Assembly (NCBI GenBank): GCA_030141605.1
Contig: JAQGDQ010000250.1
Span: forward strand, 186,001 to 250,000
Source of the DNA: Tubiluchus corallicola
Taxonomy: Eukaryota > Animalia > Priapulida
Direction: 5' to 3'
Length of the DNA stretch: 64,000 nucleotides
Positions 41,301-53,230 of the stretch are shown here, in pieces (position 1 is the first letter of the stretch; the number at the start of each line of letters is the position of its first letter). Made by a program: the position numbers and the translations under genes. Below the pieces are notes generated by a model. That model had not been told where the DNA came from. It made no database searches and saw only the letters and a list, made by a program, of their open reading frames with translations.

Positions 41301-44300
41301 GGCTAACATCATCTGTGCCAACTACCACATGTACTTTGAACAATCTGTCAGACCTAATTATTTGTAGCTTAAGTAATTAGAAACGTGATATTTGCACCTG
41401 GATAAAGAATCATTAAGCAAAAGTCTGACGAAAGGCACTCCCCTTAAGGCTTAATAAGAATGAAACTTTTTACACATAATTATGAAAGTCTCACCCATAG
41501 TTCATAGACTGCACAAACTGCTTTAGTTTGGCTCACCATATATAACTTTTTGTCATGTATTCTCCAACAGAAGAACAACAAAAGCAAAAACCTTTGTTGT
41601 GTTTGAAATTTTATTCACATAACTTTTTTGTTTGCAATTTGCAGACTGGTGAAACGATCAGTGAAAAGAAAACAACAGAAGATTGAAAAGCGTGCACAGG
41701 AGCTCTCCCGCCTCCAGCGCACCAGCCGGGCAAGCAGCGAAAATAACCAGACAACACAGCGTCCCAAAAAGCCGGCCTCCGCTAAACACATTTCGCACAA
41801 CTTCACCCATGCGGTGAACAGAATGAGTAGGTTTGTGACGGGGGTAGATGCTATTGACGAGGACAGTGAGTTTGATGACGAAGAATATGACCTAACACAA
41901 GCCGCCTCTAGCGCAACTGTAATGAGTGACACAGATAGATACGTAACAACGGCATCAACCAAACGTCGCACGGAGGAACCGCATTTCTACGGAAACCTCC
42001 AACAGCCGGACCAGGAGCAGTATGAAGTTATGACAGCGCCAGAACCTCAGTATGCTAACATAGGCATTCATAGGAACTATGCAAGATAAACGAGAATGCG
42101 AAAGACACAAAGAATCCTAGTAATATAAAAACTGTAAATACAAACATGGACACTCAGTACTGTACTAATAATTCAATGTCATGTTTTTATGTATTGTCAT
42201 GGTATTTAGGACTGCGAAATATACATGTCTAATAATTTTAGTGCATATTTGTGCTGTTTTTACAATAGGAACCTTTTGTTCTTAAGTACTTATTTGTTAA
42301 TTATTATGTGTAAATTTGTATCAGGAAACTTGTGTACCTGACACAATTGTGCACATCAACTGACATTTTTAAAACAGTATATTTTGTCAGCTAGTTTACA
42401 TTTTATTTTTAAAAACACCTTTGTGTTGATAGCTTGAGCAAACTTTAAAAAACTCTTAGGACAGCAGATATGCGCACAGTGCACATAAACAAAAAGCACT
42501 TTTTTTGTTTTGCACCGAAAGGCAGCATAGTTAAAGGAAAAATAATTGGACGACCCTGCATAAAAGATTAGGTCGTCAAACATTTGAAACAATTATAAAA
42601 CCAAGACTTCATATTTTCAACTTTCTTTCACGTTTCTCAATTGCCTAAGAGATAAAACCATAAACCAAAGATATATGAACATCCTCGATGCAATAAACTG
42701 CTTTAAATAGTACCCTTATCTATTTTTGATAAAAACGGTGGTTGAAAGCGCTTAAAGTGAGACACTAAAACATATCATACATTGCTTTGAAATGATGTTC
42801 AAGAGTCAGATACATCTGGTGTTGTTTCGCACATATATGCAGTGTGAGCAACATGATATTACTGATTACATTTTCTTCTCGGCTACATAAATCATGGCCA
42901 CTTTTTTACTACACAACGAAAACAAATTTTAGAATTCCAAAGCCGGCTTCTTTTGCCACTAAGCAGACAGCGCAAACCCATCCAGAGCCTCGCGTTTAAG
43001 TCGGCATGCACCAGTTCAAGGCTTGGAATTTTGGAATGCAAAAAAGGCCCAGAAACAGTCTGTAGTTAATGATGCTTAATGTAGACAGTGGTGCTGATGC
43101 GGCTGCACTCTAGATAAACAGCCAGTGAGAAGCAAATTAACGGTGGTTGCCTAGCAAGTTGAAACTAACTGAACTGCACATACCGTTCATTTTAACAAAC
43201 TTATCCACCCAAAATAACAAATAAAACAAGCAGTTTAGCTAATTAAAACAAACAACAAGTTAACCGAGGTACTTAAACTAAAAAAAACAATACCACAAGG
43301 TTTGCAAGAACTGGAGAAAACTGATAATCGTACTATGATATTAGACAAATGTAAAAAGTTGACTAAGAACAGCTAAAATCAAATCAAATACTGAATTCCA
43401 TGCAACCACGTGTCATATTTTGAATCTTTTTCTTTTCTCGATTGAGGTCACATTTGCTCAGCCAAACATGTCATGCAGGTATGCTTGTTAAAGCTGCCGT
43501 ACTTTATATATTTAAAAACCCTCAGTCAGACAGTGTTACATCAATCAGACATTGTCATGTTAATTAGCAAGTCGAAAATGGTACTGACAAGCCACAGGCA
43601 TGGCAGTGATTAGTTTTTTCTGGGTTAACTGTTACCTGTCAAGAGGACAGACTTATTTTAGAACTCTATCTGCCCAATGTCTATAATAAACGTAATGAGA
43701 GTATGATGGTAACGAGATGACTTAGTTAATCAGATGCTGAATCAGTCAAGTATCACCATCAGACAGACGTAGTCACATTAGTTAGACATATTGTTACATC
43801 AGTCAGACATTGTCATATCAAAAACTATTAGGTCAGTCAGACGTTGTTACATCAGTCAGACATTGTTACAGTAGTCAGACATTACCATATCAGTCAAAAA
43901 CTATTAGGTCAGTCAGACATTGTCATATCAGTCAAAAACTATTAGGTCAGTCAGACATTGTCATATCAAAAACTATTAGGTCAGTCAGACGTTGTTACAT
44001 CAGTCAGACATTGTTACATTAGTCAGACATTACCATATCAGTCAAAAACTATTACGTCAGTCAGACATTGTTACATCAGTCAGACATTGTCATATCAGTC
44101 AAAAACTGTTACATCAGTCAGACATTGTCATATCAGTCAAAAACTATTAGTCAATCAAACATTGCTACATCAGTCAGACATTGTCATATCAGTCAAAAAC
44201 TATTAGGTCAGTCAGACATTGTCATATCAAAAACTATTAGGTCAGTCAGACGTTTGTCAGTCAGACATTGTTACATTAGTCAGACATTACCATATCAGTC

Positions 44301-47300
44301 AAAAACTATTACGTCAGTCAGACATTGTCATATCAGTCAAAAACTATTAGGTCAGTCAGATGTTGTTACATCAGTCAGACATTGTTACATCAGTCAGACA
44401 TTGTTACATTAGTCAGACATTACCATATTAGTCAAAAACTATTAGGTCAGTCAGACATTGTCATATCGGTCAAAAACTATTAGGTCAGTCAGGCATTGTT
44501 ATATTAAAAACTATTAAGTTAGTCAGACATTGTTACATTAGTCAGACATTACCATATCAGTAAAAAACTATTAGGTCAGTCAGACATTGTAATGTCAGTC
44601 AAAAACTATTAGGTCAGTCAGACATTGCCACATCAGTCAGACATTATTAGGTCAGTCAGACATTGTAATGTCAGTCAAAAACTATTAGGTCAGTCAGACA
44701 TTGCCACATCAGTCAGACTTCACATTACAGACAAATGTTGATCAATAAATTAGTGTAGATAGCCGTCTATTCTACACAATAATTACCGCATCCGATATAC
44801 TTACATGGAAAAACCAATATCAGTATCTAAACAGCGCAAATAGGTGTATTCACACATGTACAGACGTGACTCAAAAAAAACAACTAATCCTTGTCCAGAT
44901 TCAAAAAACTAGGAAGTTCTTTTCATGTTTACTAATTGTTTAGCCTTACTTAGAGTCAAATTTATGGTAAATCTAATTGAAAAACTCCATAAAAATACAT
45001 ATACAGTACACACATACAGTACATGTATGAATTGCAAAGTGTCTGCGAACAATAATGGTTATCAGTAACCATTTTATTAATCTGAAAATTACTAAGGCAG
45101 TCTGGTGTTTTTATAGAATAGTCACACAGCTGTTTTTACTTTGCTTTTAAATTAATAATTGCAACATTTAAGTTTGAATTTTGTATGTGCACAGCAGTCA
45201 GCAAAAAGGCAAAGTGACAAAGATTGTTTGTCTACACTAGAAAAATGTAAAATTAGAGTAAAAAAATCACTTGCGTGGTAAAACAATTAACAGAAGCTAA
45301 CTTTCGACTTCTTTGCACAAATTGAATTCACACACTGCAGTATGCCAAGAGAAAAAGCCATAAGGTTAGCTCTAAAAAATTACGTTTGTTTCTGATTTGT
45401 TGTCATTTTGCACTATGGGTAGCTGCTAGGTAGGGATTTTCATTTTTTTTATTTTTTGTCGCGTGACTACTTTGAAACGAATTAACTGACTTTTGACTAG
45501 ATCATTAAACCTTACTTTGATGAGTTCTTCACTTTTTTACACTTGTCTAAAAATGTCATTTTTATGAAAGAAAGATACCAATTCAATTTTAACTAATTAA
45601 CGAAAGATAAATACGCTTCTGCATACTTGATTTTTCATTTTAAATGACAAAGAATGTAACGGCATATGAATGTGTAACTGTAAGCACTAGTACTGGCCAG
45701 ATAGATCATAAGAAGAGGTATCACTCAAGTAGTTTCAGCAATTACTGTCCAAGCTACTCTCAGGACCAGACCATTTATGCTTACAGTATGGTTGAATATT
45801 AGTGTGTCCTGGCTAAAATATCAAGAAATTTCTTAATGTTACTATTAATATTAAATTTTATACTACAGTTTTAGTCTACTGAATGTAGCTGTACTATAAA
45901 CAGACAAATTAAAAACAGTTTTTGCATTGCATAAGTTTTGAATCAGTTTCTTGTGTCCATTACCTCAACATGTTCTGACGTTATTAGACGTTGGTTATCA
46001 GGTTAATTAAAAAGTCCTAAATATAAACTGTGCCAAGTTCTGAACTCAATGAAATTAAATGCTATGAGAGACTCACTTTTACTTTTACAGAAATTCAGAA
46101 TTTCTACATTTAACCAATAGTTAACTCTTTTTTGACACAGTTAGCCCAGATAAGGACAAACATTTGCATTAGTATTTACAGCTGAATTTGTCATGAATAA
46201 TTACTACTGGATTGTTTCATCGTGAGTCACACTGCCCAGGCTGCAGCAGTGTCTGATAGCTGTAGCAGTATACCTATCAAGTTTGCTTGATACCACTCAC
46301 GAGCGACTGCTGGTCATTTTGTTTGCATAATAGAAGCAGCTGGATAAAACGTGAATCAGTTAATGATTGATAGGCAAATAAAAAAATTTAATTTGATAAA
46401 TGCAAAAAGTAAATCGAATTGCACAATGCAAAAAATAAAATGGTGCAGTCAGTCGGCAACCGGAAACAAATACGATTTTTGTCGGCCCTATTAGTTTCTC
46501 AAATGAGTAATACAAAAACATTAAATATGAGAGGCAGCCTAAAATAGAAATTTGGTACCTGTCAGTCTGGGCAGTTCCTGCAGTTGCCATGTCTTCCTTA
46601 CTTCCACCAGCAGGAGTGGTCTCCTTTACACCGGAGGTTATTTGATGCTCATCAGTAGGGAACGGGTATTCAGGGGGTGGGGGAAGTTCAGTAAAGTGGT
46701 CTTCAGTATATTTTAGTCTAGAATGTCCTAACGAACTGTGGTACGGCGGCAAATAAAATGTGTCACTGGGTAATGTACTAACACCGTAATATGGCGGCAC
46801 CTTTAGATGTTCTTGAGAACCAGAATCACAACCCGTAGCGCTACCGTAGTGCGGAAATTTTAAGATATCTTGAGATTCACTACTAAATGTCACAGTATCA
46901 CCATATAACGGTAGCCTCAAGTGTTCCTGAGAGCCACCACTTGGCATCACAGAACTGGTATATAAACCAGGTTTTAAATGTTCCAGTGATCCACTAACAG
47001 ACTGCGCTACATTCGTACCATATAGTGGCGGCTTCAACTGTTCTTGTGATCCACCACTAGGGGATATGGTGGAACCGGGTGACACTGACGGCACTGGTAC
47101 ACTTTGCACTTTGGTACCAGACGTCAAATGCTGCACAACCTTTGCTTGTTCTGGTGATGCACTACCCTTATAAGCACCTCTTGAGGAGTAACTCGGTGGC
47201 TTTCGCCCTTCCGTAACATCACCAGTTCCCTTAGGATCGGCCATGTTAGCGTAATAATCTAGCGATGGAACGCGCTCGTCGATGGTTGAAAGATTCGGAT

Positions 47301-48251
47301 TTGAAAGTTTTGAGTCAAAGTGAAATCCGAGTCGTGATAGAATGCTGCTGTCATCTAAGCTGAAATCATATTTCTGCTGCTCTTGACCTTGTGGCTCTTG
47401 TCGAGTTGAATGACGCAGCACATGCTTCTCCTCGCTGGTCAAGTTCTCTGTGGACGAAGTCGATTCACTTCCTGAATAACTCTGACGATATCCTACGTAC
47501 AAATAAATGTGAGATAACGTGCTTTCAATGTGTAAATAAGAACAGTAATCAAGTTGTCCTGTCTCTTGAACAAATTCCCAAACAAGTAGTAAAGAAAATA
47601 GCTGAGTTGAACATGCTTAGTTGGTCAGAAAATGGATAGGTTACCACTTTTGCTTTTGAGTAGCTTCAACTAATAACCTAGCTATTTCTTTCAATGAACT
47701 GGGACACCTTTGCTAGTTCACATGCCTCATTTTGTATGGTTATCGTTAATAACGAGATAGATTCTGGTCCTGCCACAATCCTCTACTTAAGCAGCACTGC
47801 CACCGAGTGGTGGATTACGGCTTGCAGTCAGCTGAACTGTATTAAAAAAGTTTATCTCTGCACTAAACTACAAAAAAATCAGGAAATTAATCAAATTAGT
47901 TCCATCGCGCAAAAAATATCTTATAATAATAAGTTTATTAATCATCATTACATCCAAAAGACTGAATTACAGTACAGCATCAATTACAATATAAAAATTT
48001 TTAAAAAGAATAAGGTAGAACGTACAGTGACAAGCAGTACTACACTGTTACAAGATACATGAACAAAATAAATTAAAATTAAATGAGTCAGAACTTAAGT
48101 TTGGCATAGTGTAACACCAATCAGCATTATCAAGACCTTTACCAGAATGGACATGTTCATTTTTAGCCCAAACCTAACTGATAATACCTGGTTGCAGAAG
48201 GTGTCTATGGCTGGCTGCTGCACTGGCAGGACTCTGTTGTGAACCTTGCAT
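21164..48251 (-). CDS. AMOT: Angiomotin family protein (Hippo/YAP scaffold), 13 coding exons, 846 aa
   Basis: Exons (minus): 48251-48188, 47492-46559, 34879-34711, 33672-33528, 32274-32155, 30480-30335, 29068-28919, 27510-27382, 26961-26894, 25889-25755, 24641-24382, 22758-22604, 21229-21164. All introns are GT-AG, phases are consistent, total 2541 nt. Motifs: RQEPQGQE, PPPEYPF, coiled coil YYRKVTKLQKFELEIQRLHEGHEALVRSSEKREMLE, EQRTHIDILDSAL, RKKQMYVDRVEQLQRAL, WEQKFTEESAIRQ, C-terminal YWRV. The first coding exon has an acceptor at 48301, so an upstream non-coding exon is implied. First and last exons are less certain than the coiled-coil exons. Confidence 0.92.
22820..23315. mobile_element. 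Tc1/mariner-superfamily (pogo/Tc2-like) MITE, 496 bp, in angiomotin intron 11
   Basis: Perfect 23-bp TIRs CCGTATATACTCGCATATAAGCC, TA duplication on both sides, and internal GGTCGGCTTATA subterminal repeats. Confidence 0.92.
24772..25366. mobile_element. piggyBac-like MITE, 595 bp, in angiomotin intron 10
   Basis: TTAA on both flanks (24768-24771, 25367-25370) and 12-bp TIRs CCCTTTCACTAC/GTAGTGAAAGGG. Confidence 0.88.
27564..28235. repeat. 31-bp minisatellite, about 22 units, intronic
   Basis: Unit AACAACAGAAACA(G/A)ACTGTAACAAT(C/G/A)TGAGG at an exact 31-bp period (27564, 27595 ... 28215). Confidence 0.97.
29140..29605 (-). mobile_element. CR1/L2-type LINE 3' fragments
   Basis: Minus translation of 29520-29600, PKLWNALRKGIRFLNSVISFKK, resembles the ORF2 C-terminal motif (P.LWN.LP..IR....FK); L2-like tail and (TAA)n near 29150. 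Confidence 0.55.
34083..34751 (-). repeat. 52-bp tandem array (13 units) made from the last 41 nt of angiomotin coding exon 3 plus its 5' splice site
   Basis: Minus-strand unit AGATTGAGCACTATTATCGTAAAATGACCAAACTTCAAAAG|GTGAGGGTGYG; the unit at 34700-34751 is the genuine exon end (EIEHYYRKVTKLQK|gt). Confidence 0.95.
35262..35860 (-). mobile_element. L2-type LINE 3' fragment (decayed)
   Basis: Frameshifted minus translation LHGLATAYL...YNRSIR...FSSIAPKCSNELPNEIRK*TNLNSFKRKLKTRVF matches the L2 ORF2 C-terminus; (TAA/TAT)n tail at 35264-35312. Confidence 0.7.
37055..42089 (+). CDS. Type I transmembrane protein (signal peptide, SUEL/Gal-lectin-like domain, two CUB domains, S/T/P stalk, TM, Tyr-motif tail), 600 aa; nested antisense in angiomotin intron 2
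   Basis: Exons 37055-37121, 37690-37959, 38484-38837, 39571-39826, 40145-40281, 40580-40747, 41055-41160, 41645-42089. All introns are GT-AG, phases 1,1,1,2,1,1,2, total 1803 nt. CUB2: GHLQSPDYPNY...YSCNWTITV...IELYFNVFELD...CLDFVQI...DCG...IQSTSNKVTV. SUEL-like: ISCDEGWIILVKRAVY...C...RCTGRQTC...C. TM: LPVLVIAVSSAMGAFILSTFICCLCC. Confidence 0.85.
43760..44718. repeat. Complex minisatellite of 19-bp modules (roughly 50), intronic
   Basis: Interleaved CAGTCAGACATTGTTACAT, CAGTCAGACATTGTCATAT and CAGTCAAAAACTATTAGGT modules, plus shortened variants. Confidence 0.95.
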
Positions 48252-51200
48252 ATTCAGCATTTGCTAACTAGATCATCACTGAATTCCAGCCTAGCATCTT
48301 TCTGAAAACAAAGTAATTTAAATTACCCTCAACTACCACAGATCACAAACTCTAGTACCACAAACTACTTGGGTACAAAAAAATCACAGCACATTTGTTG
48401 CCATGTACTATGTGTGCATTTAAAATATTGTTCGCGTTCAACTTTAAAACAAAAGGGTGTTATTTTACATTAAAAACAACTGAACTGAATTAACGCATGT
48501 CCATAAACAGAATGTAACATGAAAAACAATGCACCTTGCTACTCCTACAAGTGTGTTTGTTGTTTGTTAATTTGATTTAAAGAAAGAGAGAGGAAAGGAA
48601 GGAGAGAAAGAGAAAAATAGAGGGGAGAAAGAGAGAGAATGTACACCCAAAATGATTAAAACACAAATGAATAATATGAAACTTCAATTATTTCTTTAGT
48701 AGGCCTTAAAAGCACTTCTCAACCTTATCACATGTAATACACAGTACTGCAATAGCGAAGCAGCTAAATTCCGTTTAGCCATTTAATAAAACTAGCGACA
48801 CTTTTAGGCCCAGAAAACACTCGAAGAACACCAGAATATGGCACCACAAATAACACTCTGGGTTATTCTGCACAGATGAAAAGATAGGCAGATCAAATAT
48901 ACTGATAGCTGAGACAAAATTAGCAGATTTCACTTTCTTATCAGTAAATGCTGCAGACAGGGGATCATGCTTTACTCAGCAGTAAGAAGCCAGCAGGATT
49001 CTAGCAGCCAATATGTTATGAACATTCAGGCATATAGATGATGCACAGCTTCTGCCTGACTATGTAATGGGATCAGATAGTAGCAAACATGTCAAAATAG
49101 TTGTTTTTGTCTGTTCAAAGCTGTAGGGGTTCCACACGCTTAAATGCTAACTTAAACATTGATCAGAGAAGGAGCACAATAAGTTAAATTATGTGAATCA
49201 ACCATGTAAAATGAAGGTTATCTTGAACTCAACAGGACCAAAGTTTAAACACCTAACATATTCAATATAATGGTTATTACAGCCATTTTTTATATGTTTT
49301 CCAATTAGATGATGATCAATTCATTTTAAATTTTAATACAAATGTAAACTTTTAAAACTTTTTTAATGATCGCTTTTCATTAAAACAAAAATAGGCTTTC
49401 AACAACAAGTATCTGTTACCAGCACCAAATCAGAATCATAACCCTCTTTAGAAAAAATTCTGCACGTGGCAAATTGCTAGGAATTTTGACTGTAAGCATT
49501 AACTTTGATCGATTCACGGGTTCAAAATCAACAGCCAAACAATATCCTGAATAAGGTACATGAACCTAACTGCTCTATGACCGGTGTGTGGATGCCCACA
49601 ATGCGATATATCCTCCCAAATTAGATACGGACTATATGGTTTCTGGGCGGTATAATTCCCAATCTGAAATCATGGTTCTGATATGTCAACCAAAATGTGA
49701 CATTGAACAACAGCTAAGCTATAGTGCTATGATCACTTCCATCTACCTTTCACTTACTCTGGTAGTCTTTTAAAACCAGCAAGGAGTATCCCAATGCTTC
49801 TCGAACGTTACCAAACTTTCAAGCATGTAAAAAGCAGGCAGTAGTATAGAATAGACAGATTTGCTTCAATTATGGAACCAAAATTTACCAATGTCTATGT
49901 TACTGAATAAGCATTAAGACCATTCAAGCAAGCGTTCATATTAAAATCAATAGCACTAAAGATTCCAGAAACTGTTAACTTAGCAGATATATGAGATAAT
50001 GATAAATACAAATATAGAAGTTGTTTACATTTATGAACAGTCAATGTGTATAACTGACTCCTTGACTGGACTCCCTCACTGACTCCATGATTATGCTAAG
50101 TATTGATAAACACTATAAAACACAAAAGAAATCTCGAAATGGTTTTAACAGAAAAAGATATTACAATTGTGGACGATTTAAACGTTTTTCTAACAACTGG
50201 AAAATGTCAACTAAATCTGAAACTTTTCAACTTGAAAGGGTATAGGATGTATATAATTAGAAAAGTATACAAATTTTTTCTTCTAACATAAAAGACAAAG
50301 CCAAAAATATAGATCACTGCATTAATCACCATCAAAACGTGCAATGTTATGTTGCTTGAGAATGAAAGCTGAAATAATGCAAGCAGAACTTGAAACCTTT
50401 TTCAACAGTATTAGCTAGACAATTTGCTGTTGAAAGTAACTAAAACTGTGGAAACTGTTAAGTAACTTATGAAACTTAGTAAAGAAAAGGGGCACAATCT
50501 TACTTTATCTTAAAAGCAATAAAACAATAAAGAGAAATATTCTTGAAAATAGTCTGGTATTTTAAATTAAGCATGCTTTCACAACACTTATGAGTTCCCG
50601 TGGTGATTCTTTTATCTGAATCTGAAATGGTCTCCTGATTATGTTCCCTCAAGTACATGAAATACGGTTTAGGGTTTTGGGTACATAGTTTGCCTTCTAC
50701 CATATCAGAAAAGTGAAGTTGCGAATTTCAGAAAGCCTACGTTGCAAAATGGTATCACTTTGTTATAATCATATGCGAATTAATTAAAGTACTTAGGTGT
50801 GCAGATTTTGATCAATGCCTACAACACTTTCAACAGCCACAATAAACTTTGGCACTTGGCATGCTAACATGGGCACTAAGCTGCCACTCATTACAATAAG
50901 ATGTAAGTGGAACCTTTGGGCAGCAGTGGAGAGTGCCCTAGGGCAGCCATACCGCATTCTTATGACTTAACATCTCCACAATTCATAATGGTTTTTACCA
51001 AGGATTTCATAGCATGTTTCTACTTACAAGCACTGAAATTTTTCTGAAATTTCCAACATTAAGCACATAAAAAAACATTTTTATGACATTACTACATCAA
51101 ACACTTCTGATTAAAGATAATCGATAAATGTTTGTTTTAAAATTTACTTATTTTACTTATATCATCAGAATATATTAATCATTTTAGCAGCAAATTGTGG

Positions 51201-51299
51201 TGAGTTATACATCATGCGAGTTGAAACTGGTTTTCCTGCACTAAACTTCCCTTGTCTTTTCCTTTAAATAACATACATGTGCAGTTCAATAATTTTTTA

Positions 51300-53230
51300 G
51301 TAAGGCATAAATAATATAAAAAAGAAATAATGGTTTAATAATAGGAATACAATAGGAATAATCGTTTATCGTGGCTTCTATATAAGCCTACTCGTAATTT
51401 AGGCAATTTACTATTTACTTAACTAAAAAATATCAGAAAGCTAATGTGGGAAGAAAGGTAGGGTATTGTAGACCATTTGTTTATTTTATATAAGAGTATG
51501 GTCAATATCATGGAAAACCAATTAAGTTAGTTTTATGGATGTGGAGAAGTGTTTTGACAAATTATAGCTACAAGACTGTTTAGCATATCTGTGGACCCTA
51601 AGATTAGAAGAAAAGTATATCATCATATTGTCTAAAATAAATAAGTGTGCAGATATAATAGTTGATAAGTGGGAGTAACAGATAAATTTCAAGTTGATAA
51701 GTTAGTCAAGAGGGAACAGTATGGGGACCTATTATGTGTTGTGTAAATTTAGATAAATTAAGTAAAAACAGCCAACAAAATAGAGTGCTAGTTGGTATAA
51801 CCGTTAGAATATATGTTGATGACATATTGGGAATAGGTAATGAAAATATCATTAGTCAAGTTGTGTCAACCTATAGAAGACCAGAAGACTTAAAAAGATG
51901 ACATTTAGTAAATCAAAGTCAAAGTCAAAGAAACATGCAGGACAGAAAAAAATGATTTGTTTGTAAGAAGTGGGATTCTAGAACAAACTTGTCAATATAA
52001 ATGTTTAGGAGACTATGTTACAGAAACGGGAGATCACTCTTTGAGCAAAAGTAAAAGTGGAGAAAAAGTAGGATATATGAAGAGAGAAGTTGGAATGAAA
52101 AAGAAGTTGGTACAGAGTGTATGAGAATTCTTTTGTTTGAATCAGTAATGATATTATCATTAATACATAACACTGAGCTTGGGCCGCATAAATAAAGTGC
52201 AGTGGGATGAAATGGAAAGATGCCCAGAAAGAAATGGCACTTGCAATCTTGAACCAAATGATTTCAACAAGTTATTGGGGCACTAGCATTATATTAAGCT
52301 TTTGGCCCATAGGACAAAAAATACATTATAAGCAATTAATGTTATTGCAAGTGTTGTGGATCTCCGAGGAAGAAAGAAATGCAAAAAAGGTATTTTAGCA
52401 GTGTTGGAAAAGGGAATTCCTGGAAGTTGGACTGAAAACATAAAAGAAACAGCAGAGTTGTATGAAATAGATATAAATGGGGAGAGATTAAAACAGATAA
52501 CTAAATCTAAATGGAAGCGAGAAATAACAGTAGCTATTAGTAAATATTTGGAGTACATTGCTAAAGAAAAGTGTCAGAAAATGAAAAAAAAACTGAGATT
52601 TATGGAAAATGGTAAAGGAAAGTGGAATAAGCAGGTGGATTATGTAATTAAGTGTAACCAAAAACAGTCTATGAAATAACAGAATGGAAACTGAACATGA
52701 TTAAAGTGAAAAACAAATTTCAAAAAAAAGTTTAAGAATAATCTGAAATGTCCTTTGTGCAAATTCCAATTCTTATTCTAATGTAAACGTAATCAACACA
52801 TCCTTTCATTCTCCATTGTTTCACCATCTTGCCACCACATCTTCACATTCATAACCTTTCATGATTTTCTTCTTTTATTTTACACCTCCTGCACCTCATT
52901 ATTCCATATCGCCTATTTGGCTCAGATCTCACAAGTTTTACTTTTGGTCTGAGCTAATAATTTGTCTTACTCATTGTAATTTATGTCATTTTTATGTAAA
53001 CTGACTTTTGGAACAAATAAACTAAACTAAACTAAAGGTAACTGTAAAATTCATGATGACACAATGGAACACTTGCTAATGTGTGAGAAAGCTATAAACA
53101 TATTGGGAGAAGAAGGTATAGACATTGAATTAAAAAAATTTGAAACAGGAAAATTAGTAATGATCAATACCAGGATACAGAAACTGATAAATGTTAGACA
53201 GAAAATGGATTTAGAAAAAGAAATTTAGTA
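51300..53230 (+). mobile_element. Decayed non-LTR retrotransposon (reverse transcriptase plus C-terminal CCHC finger)
   Basis: RT motifs in order despite stops and frameshifts: FMDVEKCFDKL (about 51532), GTVWGPIMC (about 51713), YVDDILG (51812), QYKCLGD (about 51993). C-terminal CPLCK...HDDTMEHLLMC. Confidence 0.85.
52767..53042 (+). mobile_element. 5'-truncated LINE 3' end inserted into the older LINE
   Basis: Ends in AATAAA(CTAAA)n, is flanked by imperfect duplication TGCAAATTC / TGTAAAATTC, and splits the CCHC motif of the host. Confidence 0.6.

Noticed and set aside
41424-41468. CTGACGA-AAGG...CCTT hammerhead-like start
   Set aside because: Stem II is not followed by GAAA, and there is no stem I or III.
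41615-41971. Minus-strand 118-aa ORF, and ORFs overlapping WDR70
   Set aside because: Antisense or alternate-frame shadows of real coding exons.
46360-46558. Hydrophobic C-terminal tail of the 380-aa ORF (apparent TM segment)
   Set aside because: It lies beyond the donor at 46559/46558 and is intron sequence that partly looks TE-derived.
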